From: Oopsacas minuta
Lineage: Eukaryota > Animalia > Porifera
Reading direction: 5' to 3'
Assembly (NCBI GenBank): GCA_024704765.1
Contig: JAKMXF010000099.1
Location: 320,432 to 384,431, forward strand
DNA: 64,000 bases
Both the position numbers and the translations under genes were made by a program. Within the stretch, counting starts at the first letter, position 1. Every line of letters begins with the position of its first letter. Shown one piece after another: positions 25,506 through 38,599 of the stretch. A model generated the notes under the pieces. That model did no database searches, was not told where the DNA came from, and saw nothing but the letters and a program-made list of their open reading frames with translations.

Positions 25506-25610
25506 TAAAGTGATCTTACTTCTCTGTCATTTGACTTTTTCGAATTCCATACACTCTCATTACGTTATTACCACTAAATGAACGTATGTAATTCAATTTT
25601 AGATTAGCTA

Positions 25611-26919
25611 CGAAGGGCACTCGAAAGGTTTTGACGTTGATCGACATATCAGATAGTAATAATAAAATTGACTATTACATTTTTTCAAAATACTCTCCCT
25701 GACAACCTATACATTTTTTCAATCTGGTAAACCAATTATCAAAACATTTTTTCCACTCTTCTTTGGGTTGTCTCCAATCGCTTGGAAAAGTGCCCCCTCT
25801 CAACTCCTCATTAGTCGAAAATCTCCTCCCACGTAATTGATCTTTGAGTCTAGGGAACAACGAGAAGTCACAAGGGGCTAAATCAGGACTGCAGAGCGAG
25901 TGAGGTAATGTTTTGAGTCCAGAATTTTCCAAAAACTCATGAGTTCTGATTGCCGTATGCGATGATGCATTATCATGATGAAGAAGAATTCCTCTAATGC
26001 CTCTCTTCTCCCGCTGTGACTCAATTGCTGTGATGACTTTGGGTAGGCACACTGTAGTGTACCAGTCGGCAGTAACAGTCTTTCTATCCTCGAGAGCAAC
26101 AGCTTCGACAAACCCACTAGATCTGAAAAAAATCGCCCACATCTGTTTCCCAACAGATCTAGCCCTCCGAACTTTGGTTGGAAGTGGGGCATCTTCTTCA
26201 ACCCACTCCTTTAACATTCCCTTTGTTTCCGAACATAATGGTATATCCATGTCTCATCACCTGTAAGGATCTCAGAAACAGCTTTTGAACTTCCATTAGC
26301 AAACCTTTTGAGCTTAATTTTGCAAAAGTCTATGTGGTATATTTTTTGTTGTAAGTTCAAAGAATGGGGGATCCATCGGGCACACAACTTCCTGACACAA
26401 AGCTCTTTGTGAAAAATGATATTAATTTTCCCCGATGATAACTCGGTTTCATACTCTAACTAAGCGTACGTAATATGAAGATCTTTAGTAATTAGATCTA
26501 ACATTTCGTTAACATTTTCTTCATTATGTGAAATATTCGGTCTTCCTGAACGAGGGGCATCTTCAAGAACAAAGTTTCCGTGAATGAATTCCCTGTACCA
26601 TCGTTCAACTGTACTTAGAAAAGGAGCTAGATCCGGGAAATGTTCCTGTAAAGATTCATAGATTTCTACTCTTGTTTTCTGTAGTTTTAATAAGATAAAA
26701 ATCATTGCTCGAAAATCACGTTTTGTGAGATCGGATTTAGATTGACATATTTTAGAAGCCATGTATACTAAAATTATCTAATTTATGACAGTAGAAGAAA
26801 TAAATGAATGAAAGTTTCAAAGTACAGGAATAAAATATGTCTGAAAAGATGGATGCGGAAAAATATCCGACAGATTAATGGTTTCATATCAAACGGTAAA
26901 ACTTTTCGAGTACCCCTCG
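25611..26919 (-). mobile_element. Mariner (DD34D) transposon, full length
   Basis: TIRs CGAAGGGCACTCGAAAGGTTTT / AAAACTTTTCGAGTACCCCTCG, TA on both flanks, 1309 bp. Confidence 0.92.
25675..26762 (-). pseudogene. Mariner transposase
   Basis: LEDAPRSGRP, KLCARWIPH, ILTGDETW, HHDNASSH...SPDLAPCDF (34-residue spacer), GEYFEKM*; premature stop at 26460-26462 and frameshifts. Confidence 0.92.
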
Positions 26920-27706
26920 TATACGTATACGTGACTGAGTAAACAAGTCAATTTAGAGTTGGATTCTAGAAAGTAGTGAATTTGTTTGACAAAATGTAAA
27001 CTATGTTTCCACTACGTATAAAAAATTTACAATATTTTTAATTATCCAAAATGCCAAAAATAGACAGTGTATATAAATATTTTGTAATAATATTACTTGG
27101 ACCGATGGTGGTAGGTATTTGATAATTGTATTTAATAACTCATAATAAATAAAATAATTTAGCATGTCAATCTACTATATATTGCAATATATTCTATCAA
27201 ATAACAGAAATTTACAAGCATTAGCATGGTAATGAATTTTCGGAAACTCTTGAGTACGAATTGTAGTCGATTTCTCTTTGCCCATTTCTCTATACTTACT
27301 AACAAGCTTTAAGGAATATACCACTGAAATATGTTCATCTATTTTACAAGCGTAGACTATGCATTTGTTACGGGAGTTTGGCATAATGTTGATACACATA
27401 TAGAGTTGAAGTGAAAACCGCGAGCCCCTGGCATTCTGCATACTCCTGGATAACACTAGATTTCTATAAACAAAACAAGTCAGCTGCGATGGCCTCCTCC
27501 TTCCCCTTACAGCCACCCCCTAACGCTAAATGTTTAACATTGACCTCACTTTGTTTATGTGTGCAGTGTTAGAGCGAGTTTGATGTGATTGCGATCACAC
27601 CAAATTCGATTCTAAGCTGCAACATAAACGAATACGTAAAAGATATCGTAATTTAACAGACAGGCGAGGAGCTAACGGACTCCGAACGGCTACAGACAAG
27701 GAGACA

Positions 27707-29326
27707 TTAAAAAATAAAATGTAGATAAGAAACTCGCTTGTATCTGATTCCATTCTGTATTTCGTCTCGGCGTAGACTCGTCAGTTGCGCTGCAGCTCTC
27801 GCAATATACTTAGATGGTAGAGTGATGATATTCGCCACTGGGGATGTGCTGTTGCAGGTCGCGTTTCCATTATCTGGGCTCAACATGATAGGGATTGCGT
27901 TGCCTGAAAAACTTCTGGCAAAGGTCCCCACAAAGTTCGATGTACCTTGCCTTTGAGCGCTTTCGAATGATGGAAAAGAGTCGTGAATCTCTAAGAATTC
28001 GTCAGAAGAATGCAAGAGGTAGAATACAGTATTGAGTGATCCCATGAAAGTGTCACAGCCCCAAAGTTGGATAATTGGTTCTCTCATTCCGTCATAATTA
28101 TAGAATTTCCCGTTTTGGTAAAGGATTGAATAGAAGTGTCTATTACTCAATATACTAAAGCCAGCAAGTTGATAGTGAAGTGTCCGTTGGTTGTGACTGA
28201 TGGTGAAGTGTTTGTCAATATCACTTGCAAAAATGTCTGGCAATTCGGGTAGATGTCCGAGTTCAATTATTAGCATGACAGGTATTGACTTGAATTGACC
28301 AGATATCCTCCCTAAGACAGCAGTAGTTGATCCACAAGACTTGCATTTAATAGGAACGAGACTTCGATTAACAGATGATTCCAGGTTTGTAATAACGCCT
28401 CCTATATTACTAATCATGGATTGTGTCTCAAAGATATTGGTGCATTAGTGGCATTGGAAGATAGTGAAATATTTGTCGTTACACAAATCTTCTGTTCGTA
28501 AATATTTGATAATGTTGCCTTCTGATCCAAAGAAATCATAAGACCGTATCAATCCTGAGGAATCATAAATAACTTCAAGCCCAATTTTAGTAGCAACATA
28601 TTCTCGAAGTTTCTCAAATTCACAATTAGCAGCCAATTGGAATATGTAGTGGAATTCAGCTTCAATATGTGTACTTCCGATTAACTTCAGTGAGTCTATG
28701 ATGGTTGCTTTATTCGAACTAAGAATAGCCAATATATTGTCGATAGAACAGGTGTTAGATTGCACGATGTTGTTATATTCTCCTCCCCATTTAGGATATG
28801 GGATAAGATCTGATGCATTTTGTATAGATTGTTCTGGTATTTCAGTGATCTCATGAGCTTGCTGAGTTAGGACTATTAACTCAATTATTACTGGTAATAG
28901 AACAGCAATCGGATAATCATGATTTCTTTGTGTCTCTTCAGGTATTTCAGTAGGATAGGAGGAACGATATTCTGCGTGCCAATTACCAGTTGATACAGCA
29001 AGTTTCCCCTTAATCTCAAAATTTAGTTCGTTGGATGCATGGTAAGAATATAGTATATTCAATGAAGTTCGAGATGCAGCTTTTGTAGCGAGTTTCTCAT
29101 GTAGTTGGGTTAAGTAGGTGTTATTGACAAGGGCTGATAGTATTCGAGGTTTCAATTGAAGTAGCTCAGAGTCGATATTTTCATAGATTGAGTGCTGTTG
29201 GGGTGTTTCAAATGTTTCTTCCATGGTATCCAGGTTAAATATATCATCCAATGAATCTAAATACATAATAAATATGTGAATTATAGGATTGCTATTACGT
29301 ATTAATCGAATCAATACAGAACACAA
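27707..29326 (-). pseudogene. Intronless USP-like (peptidase C19-type) cysteine protease ORF with one nonsense codon
   Basis: ORFs 28445-29326 and 27707-28417 are in the same frame, separated by one TAA. Motifs in order: WGG...QSNTCSIDNILAIL (Cys codon 28748-28750), C-H-*-C and CKSC pairs, YQLAGFSILSNRHFYSILYQNGKFYNYDG (His codon 28136-28138). Confidence 0.55.
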
Positions 29327-29449
29327 CTGGTTTATATGTACTTAATCATGGGCTGAGTCAATTGGTTATAGTTCAGTACAATATTGTCTCGCTAATATAT
29401 TTACCGCTAGGAGGGAATTTGCAAGATCTTTTGGGCTTCTTCAATTTGC

Positions 29450-29906
29450 CTGTCTTTGTTATTTTCTTAACTTTCTGGGTATTTTCTGGGTTAACCGCAT
29501 TTGCTGGACGTCCTGATCGCATCTCATCACTTAGAGTCTTTCGTCCACGGGTAATTTCACCGTACCAGTTGTACACTGGTGGCTAAAGATGGTGATTTTT
29601 GTCCAAATGTGTCCTGAAGTTAACTGTGTGATTCATTAGGACTAAGTTTTCTCATAAAGTCATAAGTAATCATTCCGCGTAGCTCCCTCCTTTCCAAATC
29701 TAAATCCATGAGAAATAATTCGGTACGAATTTAAATCAGACCCAGTGCTGACTATTTAAGTAGCCGTCAAAAAAGTAATAACAGATAAAAGACTTAGATA
29801 TTTTAGATAGGAGTAGTTATAAATAGTGTACTATAGATAAATGATGTATTGGTGTGCAAGAAATGAAATTACGGCAATCATTCTAAAAACTTTTTGGCGA
29901 ACCTCG
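29450..29906 (-). mobile_element. Mariner 5' fragment
   Basis: TIR AAAAACTTTTTGGCGAACCTCG|TA at 29906; HTH fragment MYNWYGEITRGRKTLSDEMRSGRPANAVNPEN; 3' part missing. Confidence 0.8.
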
Positions 29907-30263
29907 TATAGGCGAATTATCCTACACACCATCTAGTAACACTATTTGGGGCTGAAAATGTGTCAGATCGCCTTGGGGTGGAAACATTTGATACAGTGGT
30001 CATGTGGATTACTTTTTCAATAATTACTGCTCTTGTCCAGCTTGGGAGCCGCACATTTGCGTATATCACACTTGCGGACAGTATGTTATTATTTGTTGAA
30101 TTCAAACAAATGCATATATGTATTTAATGATTATGACAGAAAATAACAAGCATAATTAATATAGGGATGATTAAAATCTGGTTCTAAAAGCAAGGCCTCT
30201 TAAGTACACTAATATTGGCCTGTGAAAGAATGAAGTTACTAGGTCTAATATTACCTTTTCATA

Positions 30264-31571
30264 TCAATTGATTTTTCGTTTTTTGGGGACTTCACCGTGG
30301 GTAAATTTCAGTTGTTTTAGCTCGGCATTACCTTGTTCCGTTTTAAGGCAATTTATGAATTTCCAAATTGAAGGGCGATGACAACCACATGTGCTTTGAA
30401 ATCCACGATGCCATGCTTTTACTAAGTTTGTACATCTCGGCAAGCTTTGTGGAACAAGATGAAAATTGTTCCAAAGAGTTATTGGGGGGAGAGGAGGATT
30501 CCTTTCCCTATTCAAGTTTAGAATGCCTATGTAATTGTCTTCAAAATACCTGCAGAGAGGATATGCATTTTCTGGGAAAGTCATGATCAGTTGTTAGAAA
30601 GACCAGCCGACGAGTTCGGGTGGGACGAAAGCTAGAGCAGGCAGCATACGCATGGTTAATGCAAATTCCGGATTATTTTGATATTCTGACTGCACGCCAA
30701 GAGACAGAAGTTTCCTAAACTCACTGTGAGAGTTGGAAAAAGCACGCTTTCACTTGGGTTAATGTCCAAATTGAATTGAAAGAATTGATTGCTGCTTGCT
30801 CAAAGTCGACATAAACCTAGTGCGGTTGACAATTCAGACAGGCATCACGGATAACTTTCCACATTTTAGTATATGTGGCAATTGAGTTGTTCGGGAATAG
30901 CGCGTATACACATGGTAATAAATGGCCATTTTCAAAAGGATTGGGTCCTTCAATAAGACAATGAACAGTGTATAGTTGGCGAAAGAGAGTAAGGACTGTT
31001 TTGAATGTGCCATCGGCTAGCCAGATCTTTGACATGGTCAAAAATTCTATGTTCTCTTTGGTTGCAAATATCACTATCCTATTGGTGGCAATGCCAGAGT
31101 CGTAGAATAGAAAGTTCCTGTTAGAAATGTCTTGATGTTTTCAGCGTCTAATTGAAGTTCTTCAAGATATACTGGATTAGGTGGAGCAATACGTTGCCTT
31201 TTATACATCATTTTCAGGGCGTGTTGATTTGGAAGCAGAGACTTCGCAGATCCAGACAATAAACTGGTCATCTCTCCTATCGTAACGTGCGGATTGTCAT
31301 TAGTTTCTCTCGCTCGCTTCCTCATTAAATCTTTCATGGCTGTTACCTCATCTTTACCGTATTCCTGTTGGTGAGAATGTTCCCTAGACTTTTTGATGAT
31401 TGTTTCATCAACGGAGTGTATTCTATCTTTACATCCTCGCACGTCAGACCGCCACTCCTTTTTGATAGCTCCCCGACGATGGAAAATATACAAATATCCG
31501 TCGTGGGATAATTTGTTAGTCCCCTTTGAAGATTTGATCATTTGGAATGAAGTATCGCTATTAGCAGACAT
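30264..31571 (-). pseudogene. MULE (Mutator-like) transposase with FLYWCH domain
   Basis: KLSHDGYLYIF...EWR...GCK...H (FLYWCH), WLADGTFK...QLYTVH...PCVYAL, VDFEQAAINS, YFEDNYIG...LWN...RCTNLVKAWH; frameshifts; GTACG(C/T)A subterminal repeats at 31695-31745. Confidence 0.88.
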
Positions 31572-33234
31572 TTGATATTTGGTGATAAAATATCTAGCTC
31601 ATCCAATGCATTTTATAGATCTCGAAATAATTTTGTAATTAGAGTTTATTTATCTGTGAAACCTTTAATTAACTTGTCAAATATACATTACATTGTACGC
31701 AAGTGTTATGTACGCAAATATGTACGTAGATGTGCTAGACCCGTCCAGCTTGTATCACTTGGGTTTAATTTCGACGCTTGCTACCTGACTAAAATGGTTA
31801 TTACTGATTCAATTTAGCACGATTTGGTAACAATTTATAGGCTAGAATTGAGGCCAATAATATACATGGCAAATTAGTTTTTGAAGTTAAATTATTCCTT
31901 ATGGATAGTAAAGGGGATTATATATTTCAAATTTGCTAACTATAAAATTCTGGCGTGATGCATAAGGATTCGCAATTTACGAATGAATCTTTCCTCCAGC
32001 TCGAGCCTTTTTTGTCTGATTTAATATCTTCTGTAGATTTTCGCCTTGTGATTTAGCTTCTTCTTCACACTTCATCTTTAATGAGTAAATATCATCATGT
32101 ATTTAACAATTACATGGTTAAACTGGCTACATGAATGTACTCTATCGATCTGCTGATCAGGTTTTGTTGTTGATTTTCCAGCCTTTTCGGAAGATAATAA
32201 ATTTTAGATATGCATCGTTATCCTTTCTCTGCGTGACTCGTTATTTGTAGCCATCAGAAGTTGTGTAAATTCATCCACGATTTTGTTATTAACTAACTTT
32301 AGAAGGATATTCAGAAATATATACATTGTCTGTCATAATGATTATACATTCTCGAAAGCATACTAGTATGTGATTGATGTTTGATGATGAATGTGAACGT
32401 AAAGAATAAATTCTAGTCGAACAAATGACAACAAACAAATTCGAACAGTTGAAGCGCTCCCATCTCTACTATAGTAGAATAGTACAACATCTCCTTTTCT
32501 GCCCGAGAGGCTAAAACAGAATTATTTTATACTTATGATGTTGATTTATTGTTTTTATTGTATCATTAAATGTATAGACTGCACATAATTTTGCAATTTT
32601 CTCTATAATCCTTAATGCAGGGTGGTCTTTATTTTGCATCATAGAGTTGGTTGAGGTGGCCTATAAATTTGTATTTATTTTATACAGTAATATAGAATAT
32701 TTTATGTTTGAATATATTAATGCATCTGTAGTCCAAATATTTTAGTGACTGCCATTGCCTTAGAGTTTGGAATTCTATGTCTAAGGCAAAAATCCATCGC
32801 GCACCGCCCTATCAAGCGATGCACGTATATACTAACATTAGCTTTTGTCTATAGGGACTTTGGAAACAAAATTGTTAGTGCGGCGAGGTATATTGTATTG
32901 ATACGGCATTAATCACATCTCGCAAATTCAATAATAACAAAATTCTGATTTAGCCGCACCAATTCCTACTACCCTGGTCTACCAGACAAATATTGATGAT
33001 AATGACGCGTACATATACTCCGTTGATACCACAATCAGTTAAACTTGAGCCACCTGTTTAATAGGGTCACTTGACCATGAACCAAGCAATGCTAATTGGC
33101 TTAAGTTCTTTAACAATTAGGCTACTGATAGAATCTGCTATTTGGCAACTATTGTTATGTGTATATTCTTATTTTTCTAACAATTCAATCCAAATCTAAG
33201 AATACTATATGACAAATTGATTTTCAAATGCTAG

Positions 33235-33400
33235 CAACTCATTTGAATTTCAATTAACAACTCATTCAATTTGATAACTACCAACTCATATCAACTCTTT
33301 CAACTCATTCTATTTCGTTATTAACAACTCAGTTAGAGAAAATGAGTGGTATACCGACTAATTGTTTGAGAAATGAGATGGTTAATTCCACTCTTTGAAA
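33235..33400. repeat. Degenerate array of CAACTC(A/T) motifs with inverted copies
   Basis: About six CAACTC(AT) units at 33235-33330 followed by inverted AATGAG(T/A)(G)G units at about 33341 and 33373. Confidence 0.5.
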
Positions 33401-34074
33401 ATTTTAGAAAACCTTCAATTTGGTTACTATGAACACTTTCAATTTTGGCCCTTGAAATGTTTATTCCTATGGTCAGAAAGAATTGTTCCATACATTCGTA
33501 GCTATATCAATTATCCTATGGTTTTCTTTTACAAAACTACTATAGTTATTGATCTGTAATCTGTACGGTGGGTGTGAAATTTTCAGTTATTGTGCACTTC
33601 AGGTATATACTTGTGTATAGCCAATATCTTTTGCACCTTGAAGTATAGAACCTCAAATGTCCCATTATCACTATTTATAGTCCGTTAGTACCTTATATAT
33701 TCCATTAGCACAAACAATGCCTTTTAGGACTTCATATTTCGCAATTTGTAGCATCATTTATGCTAATTATCACTTTATTTGTTCCAATAGCATGTAATTT
33801 CCTGATAGCTGCATATAAGTGCCAATAGCGTCTTATATGTCCCGATAGTCCTTAATATTTTCAGTTAGCACCAGAGTCACAATTGTATTATTAATCTCCG
33901 GGTTATCGACTTAGATCTCCTTATAGTATTGTTACATTCCTTTTAACACATTGTATGATCTAATAACACTTAAGATGTAATTATATGACCTTATATGTCC
34001 CCAAAAGAGACAACATATAAGCCCTTTAGTAACATAAAGTCACCAAGCACAATTAATGCTCCCTTACCACTTTA

Positions 34075-34620
34075 GATTCCCAAATAGGGAATTGCTTCCT
34101 TTTGATAATATAATGGAACTGTGTCTCTGAAGCCATCATTAGTTTGTGAGGGATGTACACTCCTTTACCTCGATGCTAGCCTCATACGATTTCTTCTTCA
34201 TAATTTATGAATGTTTTCACATCCAAGCAAGAACCATTACACATGCTTTGCCTAGGATCGAGACTTCGCAGTAATATTATAGAAGCACTCACCCTAAGGT
34301 TAATTCGGTACAGAGGCAAGCTAGTTGGTGCAATGGAATTTAAGAATTTATTTGAATACACAGCTTCCTGAGCTTGCTTTACTGAGCCCGCACCCAACAA
34401 TTATTGTATATCTCCAGGGATTTGGTTCATAACAAATCGTTTATGTATTCAGTTGGTGCGTTTGAAGAGATATCAAATTTGTGAAGTAAAGTACCGCAAT
34501 GATTGTATTTTTCTCAAATCTTCACTAGGATGAATGTTTGGGATTGGATTCTTCGAATACTTAAGTTTCGCTCTAGTTTCATGCTGAATGATGAATCTAT
34601 CTTCGTAATGCTCAATGCTG
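34075..34620 (-). pseudogene. Helitron Rep/Hel PIF1-helicase C-terminal fragment
   Basis: MNQIPGD...AGSV, KFLNSIAPTSLPLYRINLRVSASIILLRSLDPRQSMCNGS, GKGVYIP...KRKQFP, matching the Helitron helicase FLNS...LLRNL...LCNG...RRQFP series. Confidence 0.8.
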
Positions 34621-35472
34621 ATTACTGATTATTTACTAATCTTATAATTTATTCAATTCAAAGACTCCATCAATTTTTTGGACAATTTTGGATGACCTGG
34701 ATACTTGAAAACTGTGTTCCCTCATTGAAATTAGGGCAACATCCTGTCACTGAACACTGATTGGGCATATGAAAGAACGTATACATGTTTGACTAATGAT
34801 GATTGTTATTAATATTCATCAAGAAATTGATTAGTTTATATGCTCAGATTGATAGAACTACATAAATGAAATTATAAATATTTCATTATCTTCAGAACTC
34901 TTGTAATGTACTATAATTACATTTGTATACATTCCTTTCAATCAAATCAAATAAATTGTGTTTTTGAGAATTTTTAGTATCTACTCACATTCCTGTTTAT
35001 ACTTTCTTAACCTGAGTTACACCTAAATTTATACTCAAAATATAATACATTTAAATAAATATTTTGCTGATGTCATATTTGAATGGCGCCTAAACCACTT
35101 AACTACAAATCTACCCACCTCAAAAATGGTCCTAATTGATTTCTCAAGCCGAATACCTTAATATTGCAAAATCTGTTAATATATTACGAATCATTCTTTC
35201 AAAAATGGGAAATACATTCTTGCTTCTCGTTTCAGAGCCTTCTTAGTGTCATATTCAGCCGCGTATTTAGTAGGCCATTCTACATTATTTGAATCTTAAC
35301 TTATGAAAATATTCAACTATCTTTCATTGTTTCAATTTTCAAGTTAATGATAGGAATTGTAGGAGTCGCTATGGTTAATATGATTATACATGAAGATTTC
35401 TTATCTGTTTGACTATTTCTCATTCGCCTAGATTAATACGAAAACCATTTACCATATTATTGTATACTGTAG

Positions 35473-35685
35473 ATTTATCGCTGATGAACGAAACTCAGCT
35501 ACTCTAGACGATATGTTTGATTCTGCCCCTCTTGTAGAAAAGATCAATTGCCACACTCAAGTAAGAAATCTACGTTACAAGACTATTTGGCCTCTCAGAA
35601 GCAGAGACTTTTGTACACTTTTGTGTGGACTACACCTCGAACCCAATTTGTGGAGTATTATTTGTTTTTCTATACAACACAGTGG
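35473..35685 (+). CDS. Exon of START-domain protein (START 2, central part)
   Basis: CTGTAG| ... GG|GTAAGT, phase 2-2, 213 bp: FIADERNSATLDDMFDSAPLVEKINCHTQVRNLRYKTIWPLRSRDFCTLLCGLHLEPNLWSIICFSIQHS, containing the START WP-x-x-x-RDF signature. Confidence 0.92.
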
Positions 35686-36499
35686 GTAAGTGTATTTAAT
35701 ATTAATTATTTACTATTTCAATATTCAAATAAATTAATCATCATAAATAAATCAAATATAGATAGAAACCTATAGTATCCTTATATAACAAGTTTCTAAG
35801 TCCAAGGAAAATATAAAATTACTCAAAATTGAATTCTTTATTATGATTAGGCCACTTTTGGATGATTATATTTCAAATCGCTTAATGTGACAGTTTTCCC
35901 ATCATGATCAACAAGAATGTCAATAATATCAAAGAAAGCTATTGGAATGGCTGAATATTTCTGGGATATGGCGGAATAGATTTTGCGACTTCCTAGCACA
36001 CTATGTCACAATATTTGCATATTGCCTGGCCATCTTTGGATATCCGGTTAGGATTATCCATTAAGTCGGATCGAGAAAAGTGTAAATCGTCGGTTCAACT
36101 TCTACCTAAGTGAAAAGTTGGCTTCGCCATTTTTTAGGAAAATGCGGGACTAAAATTTGAAAAATATTTCGATTTGACCCTTGCGCTTTATATATTCGTT
36201 GTGTCACTTTCGCAAAATTGATTTTAAATTGTCGAATTTCAAATTCCTTTCACTTAGCCCTTTATATATATTATTTGGTAATAGTAAGTCGCATATTTGC
36301 TATCGAATGGTATAATAATCTAATTTCTATGTCCAAGGATACTCAAGTTATCAAGATTTTCTCTGCATATTCTATCATATCCTAATAATATTACCCACCC
36401 CCCTTTTAATCCTATCATTTAAAAATTACTAGCTTTTTTATCTATCGTAGTATATGATTCAATTATGTTATATCAAGTATATTTAGTATGTATATTCTT

Positions 36500-38563
36500 T
36501 CTTTGATTCAAATGTGGGAATTTTTTCTCTTGATGTTGGGGTTGAAAGAGTTCATCCATCTATCCCTTCTCCTGTTATTGAACACGAACTTATAGTAACT
36601 TATTGAATAGTTCTTTCAATAGCTTGTGTATGGCATGGATATGCTGGAATTTCTAGTGGAGCACGTACACAATTAATTAGTACTTCTCTTGAGTGGTATT
36701 TTGTAAAAGGCGGCTCTGTGATGAATAAAGTCTCCCAATCAATCATATCCGCATATGTTTCAGCAGTGAACCTTATTGAAGGGAGATTAAATGGACGAAT
36801 TTCAATCGTCTAAATGATGAACTGTAAATTCGGAAATCTAAATTAGTCTTCACTCCCGTTGTATAATGTGTTCATCATATCTGCAAGCATCGATAACAGA
36901 AGATTTTCTGGATGACAAAAATATGAGTTTCTCTGTATCACATTGCGAATTGCTTCTTGGTCAGACTCCGATAGCTCTCGCAGTAAAGATATCACAAAAA
37001 CCATATTTTTAGGTCCATCTGTGCAAACCGGGTTACTCTTAATTCTAAACCAAACCGGTGCATAAAAATTGATCATATAATCGAAAATCCAGGATAATTC
37101 AGGTGTGGGATGTATAGTAGAAATGTACGACCTAAGTAATCTGTTGGTGCATAGGATAGATTTTTCTGATCTTTATTTAGATTCTTTAGATTTTCGCAAC
37201 CAAATAAGTTGAGTTTATCGCATAATTGATGATACACTGCAATTGGTTTCCAAGTAAAATCGCAATTAAGTTCTTTACCAATTTCTCCATTAAATGAATT
37301 GGGTCCACTGGTTTGTCTATCTATTATTTGAAAGAGATGCCTCAATGGAAGTTCATTACCATGTAATTGGCAAATATACCAGTGGAGTGGTTTTGTGAAC
37401 TCTACTTCAAGTAATCTAATACAACCATTTTAGATTTCAGTGTTAACTCGAGCTCCATCAGCTCCAACCGCCATTAAATTTGAATTACGCTCCCTGCAAA
37501 GATCAGTCAATTCCCTTGCTATGTCTTTGACTTTACCAGAACTTGATGTTACATGGGCAACATACTGATTCCCCTGTTCAGATAAGACAGAATAATGTTC
37601 TTCATTTGCAGTATCCTGATGCAAATGTCCATTTTCTCTTTCTACCAGTACTCGAGTTTGATCTTTACGGCCATCAAAACATATTGCAGATATATCATTG
37701 ATAGTCTCGTGAACCTCATTAGCCAATTCCTTTCTCACAGAGAATCTAGATCTACCGAGTTTGTTTCTATCAATAGTTTGACTATCTTCTTCGGGTGTGA
37801 TAATACCGTAATCCTGCAGTACTGAGTTAGCTAAAGCTGCGCCTGCCCGATCGCTAATTTGATATCTATCACACATTATGGGTAAATTTCGTAATTGATT
37901 ATGATTACGTGTATACTTGTGAATATTAGATGTCTCGAGTCAGATGATTCAAACTCTTCAAAGTCACATTCTATAAATTCTTGCGAAGTTTGAACAGCAT
38001 GAAATCTCTTCATTTCCCTTTCTTCTCTTTCATATTGTGCCCCTTTTCTTTTTGTTTAACAATATCTTTAGAAGTTGTCATGCAATCCAAGCTGAAAATA
38101 AATAATTTTCGAGCGTTTCGCTGATTAAAGAGAAATGACCACTCACGACGTGGTATCTTTTTATCGAGGGAGGAAAACATTTACCTCCCTGAATTAGGCA
38201 TTTGCAATTGAGACATCGAACAAGACATTGAATTCGGAGATAATAGGCTGTATACGGTCAGGTTGTTGCTTGTTTTGGATACTTTTTCGTAGTATTTAGC
38301 TCTCTCAATAATATCAGAAATGATGTACTGTTGTATTTTGAGCTCTGATATGGTGGATATGGAAGCCAAATTATAGATACGCATATTACTTTAGTTATTT
38401 CTTTTGCTATTTCGTCTCTAGTTGATTTAGAATCTTCATTTCTAAGCATTTTATGATGATTGTATAGATCTAGTTCTGTTAGAAGTTGATTTTCTGGAAT
38501 GGGTCCTGGATAACCAAAATCAGGATGAAATACTAAACTGCGCATATATTCTGTTATATTCAA
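36500..38563 (-). pseudogene. Transposase of the long-TIR hAT element
   Basis: HPDFGYPGPIPENQL, CDRYQISDRAGA, ICFDGRKD, EEHY, VGADGARVNT, LRHLF...TSGP, RNSYFCHPENLLLSML, PCHTQAIER; multiple frameshifts. The hATm label is from recall. Confidence 0.75.
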
Positions 38564-38599
38564 GAATAAATATATTATAGGAATATAATCACTCTATAA

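Noticed and set aside
27175-27516. ORF with THAP-like C-x4-C start (MPNSRNKCIVYAC) and FP motif
   Set aside because: Lacks the conserved Trp and C-x2-H-F of THAP domains.
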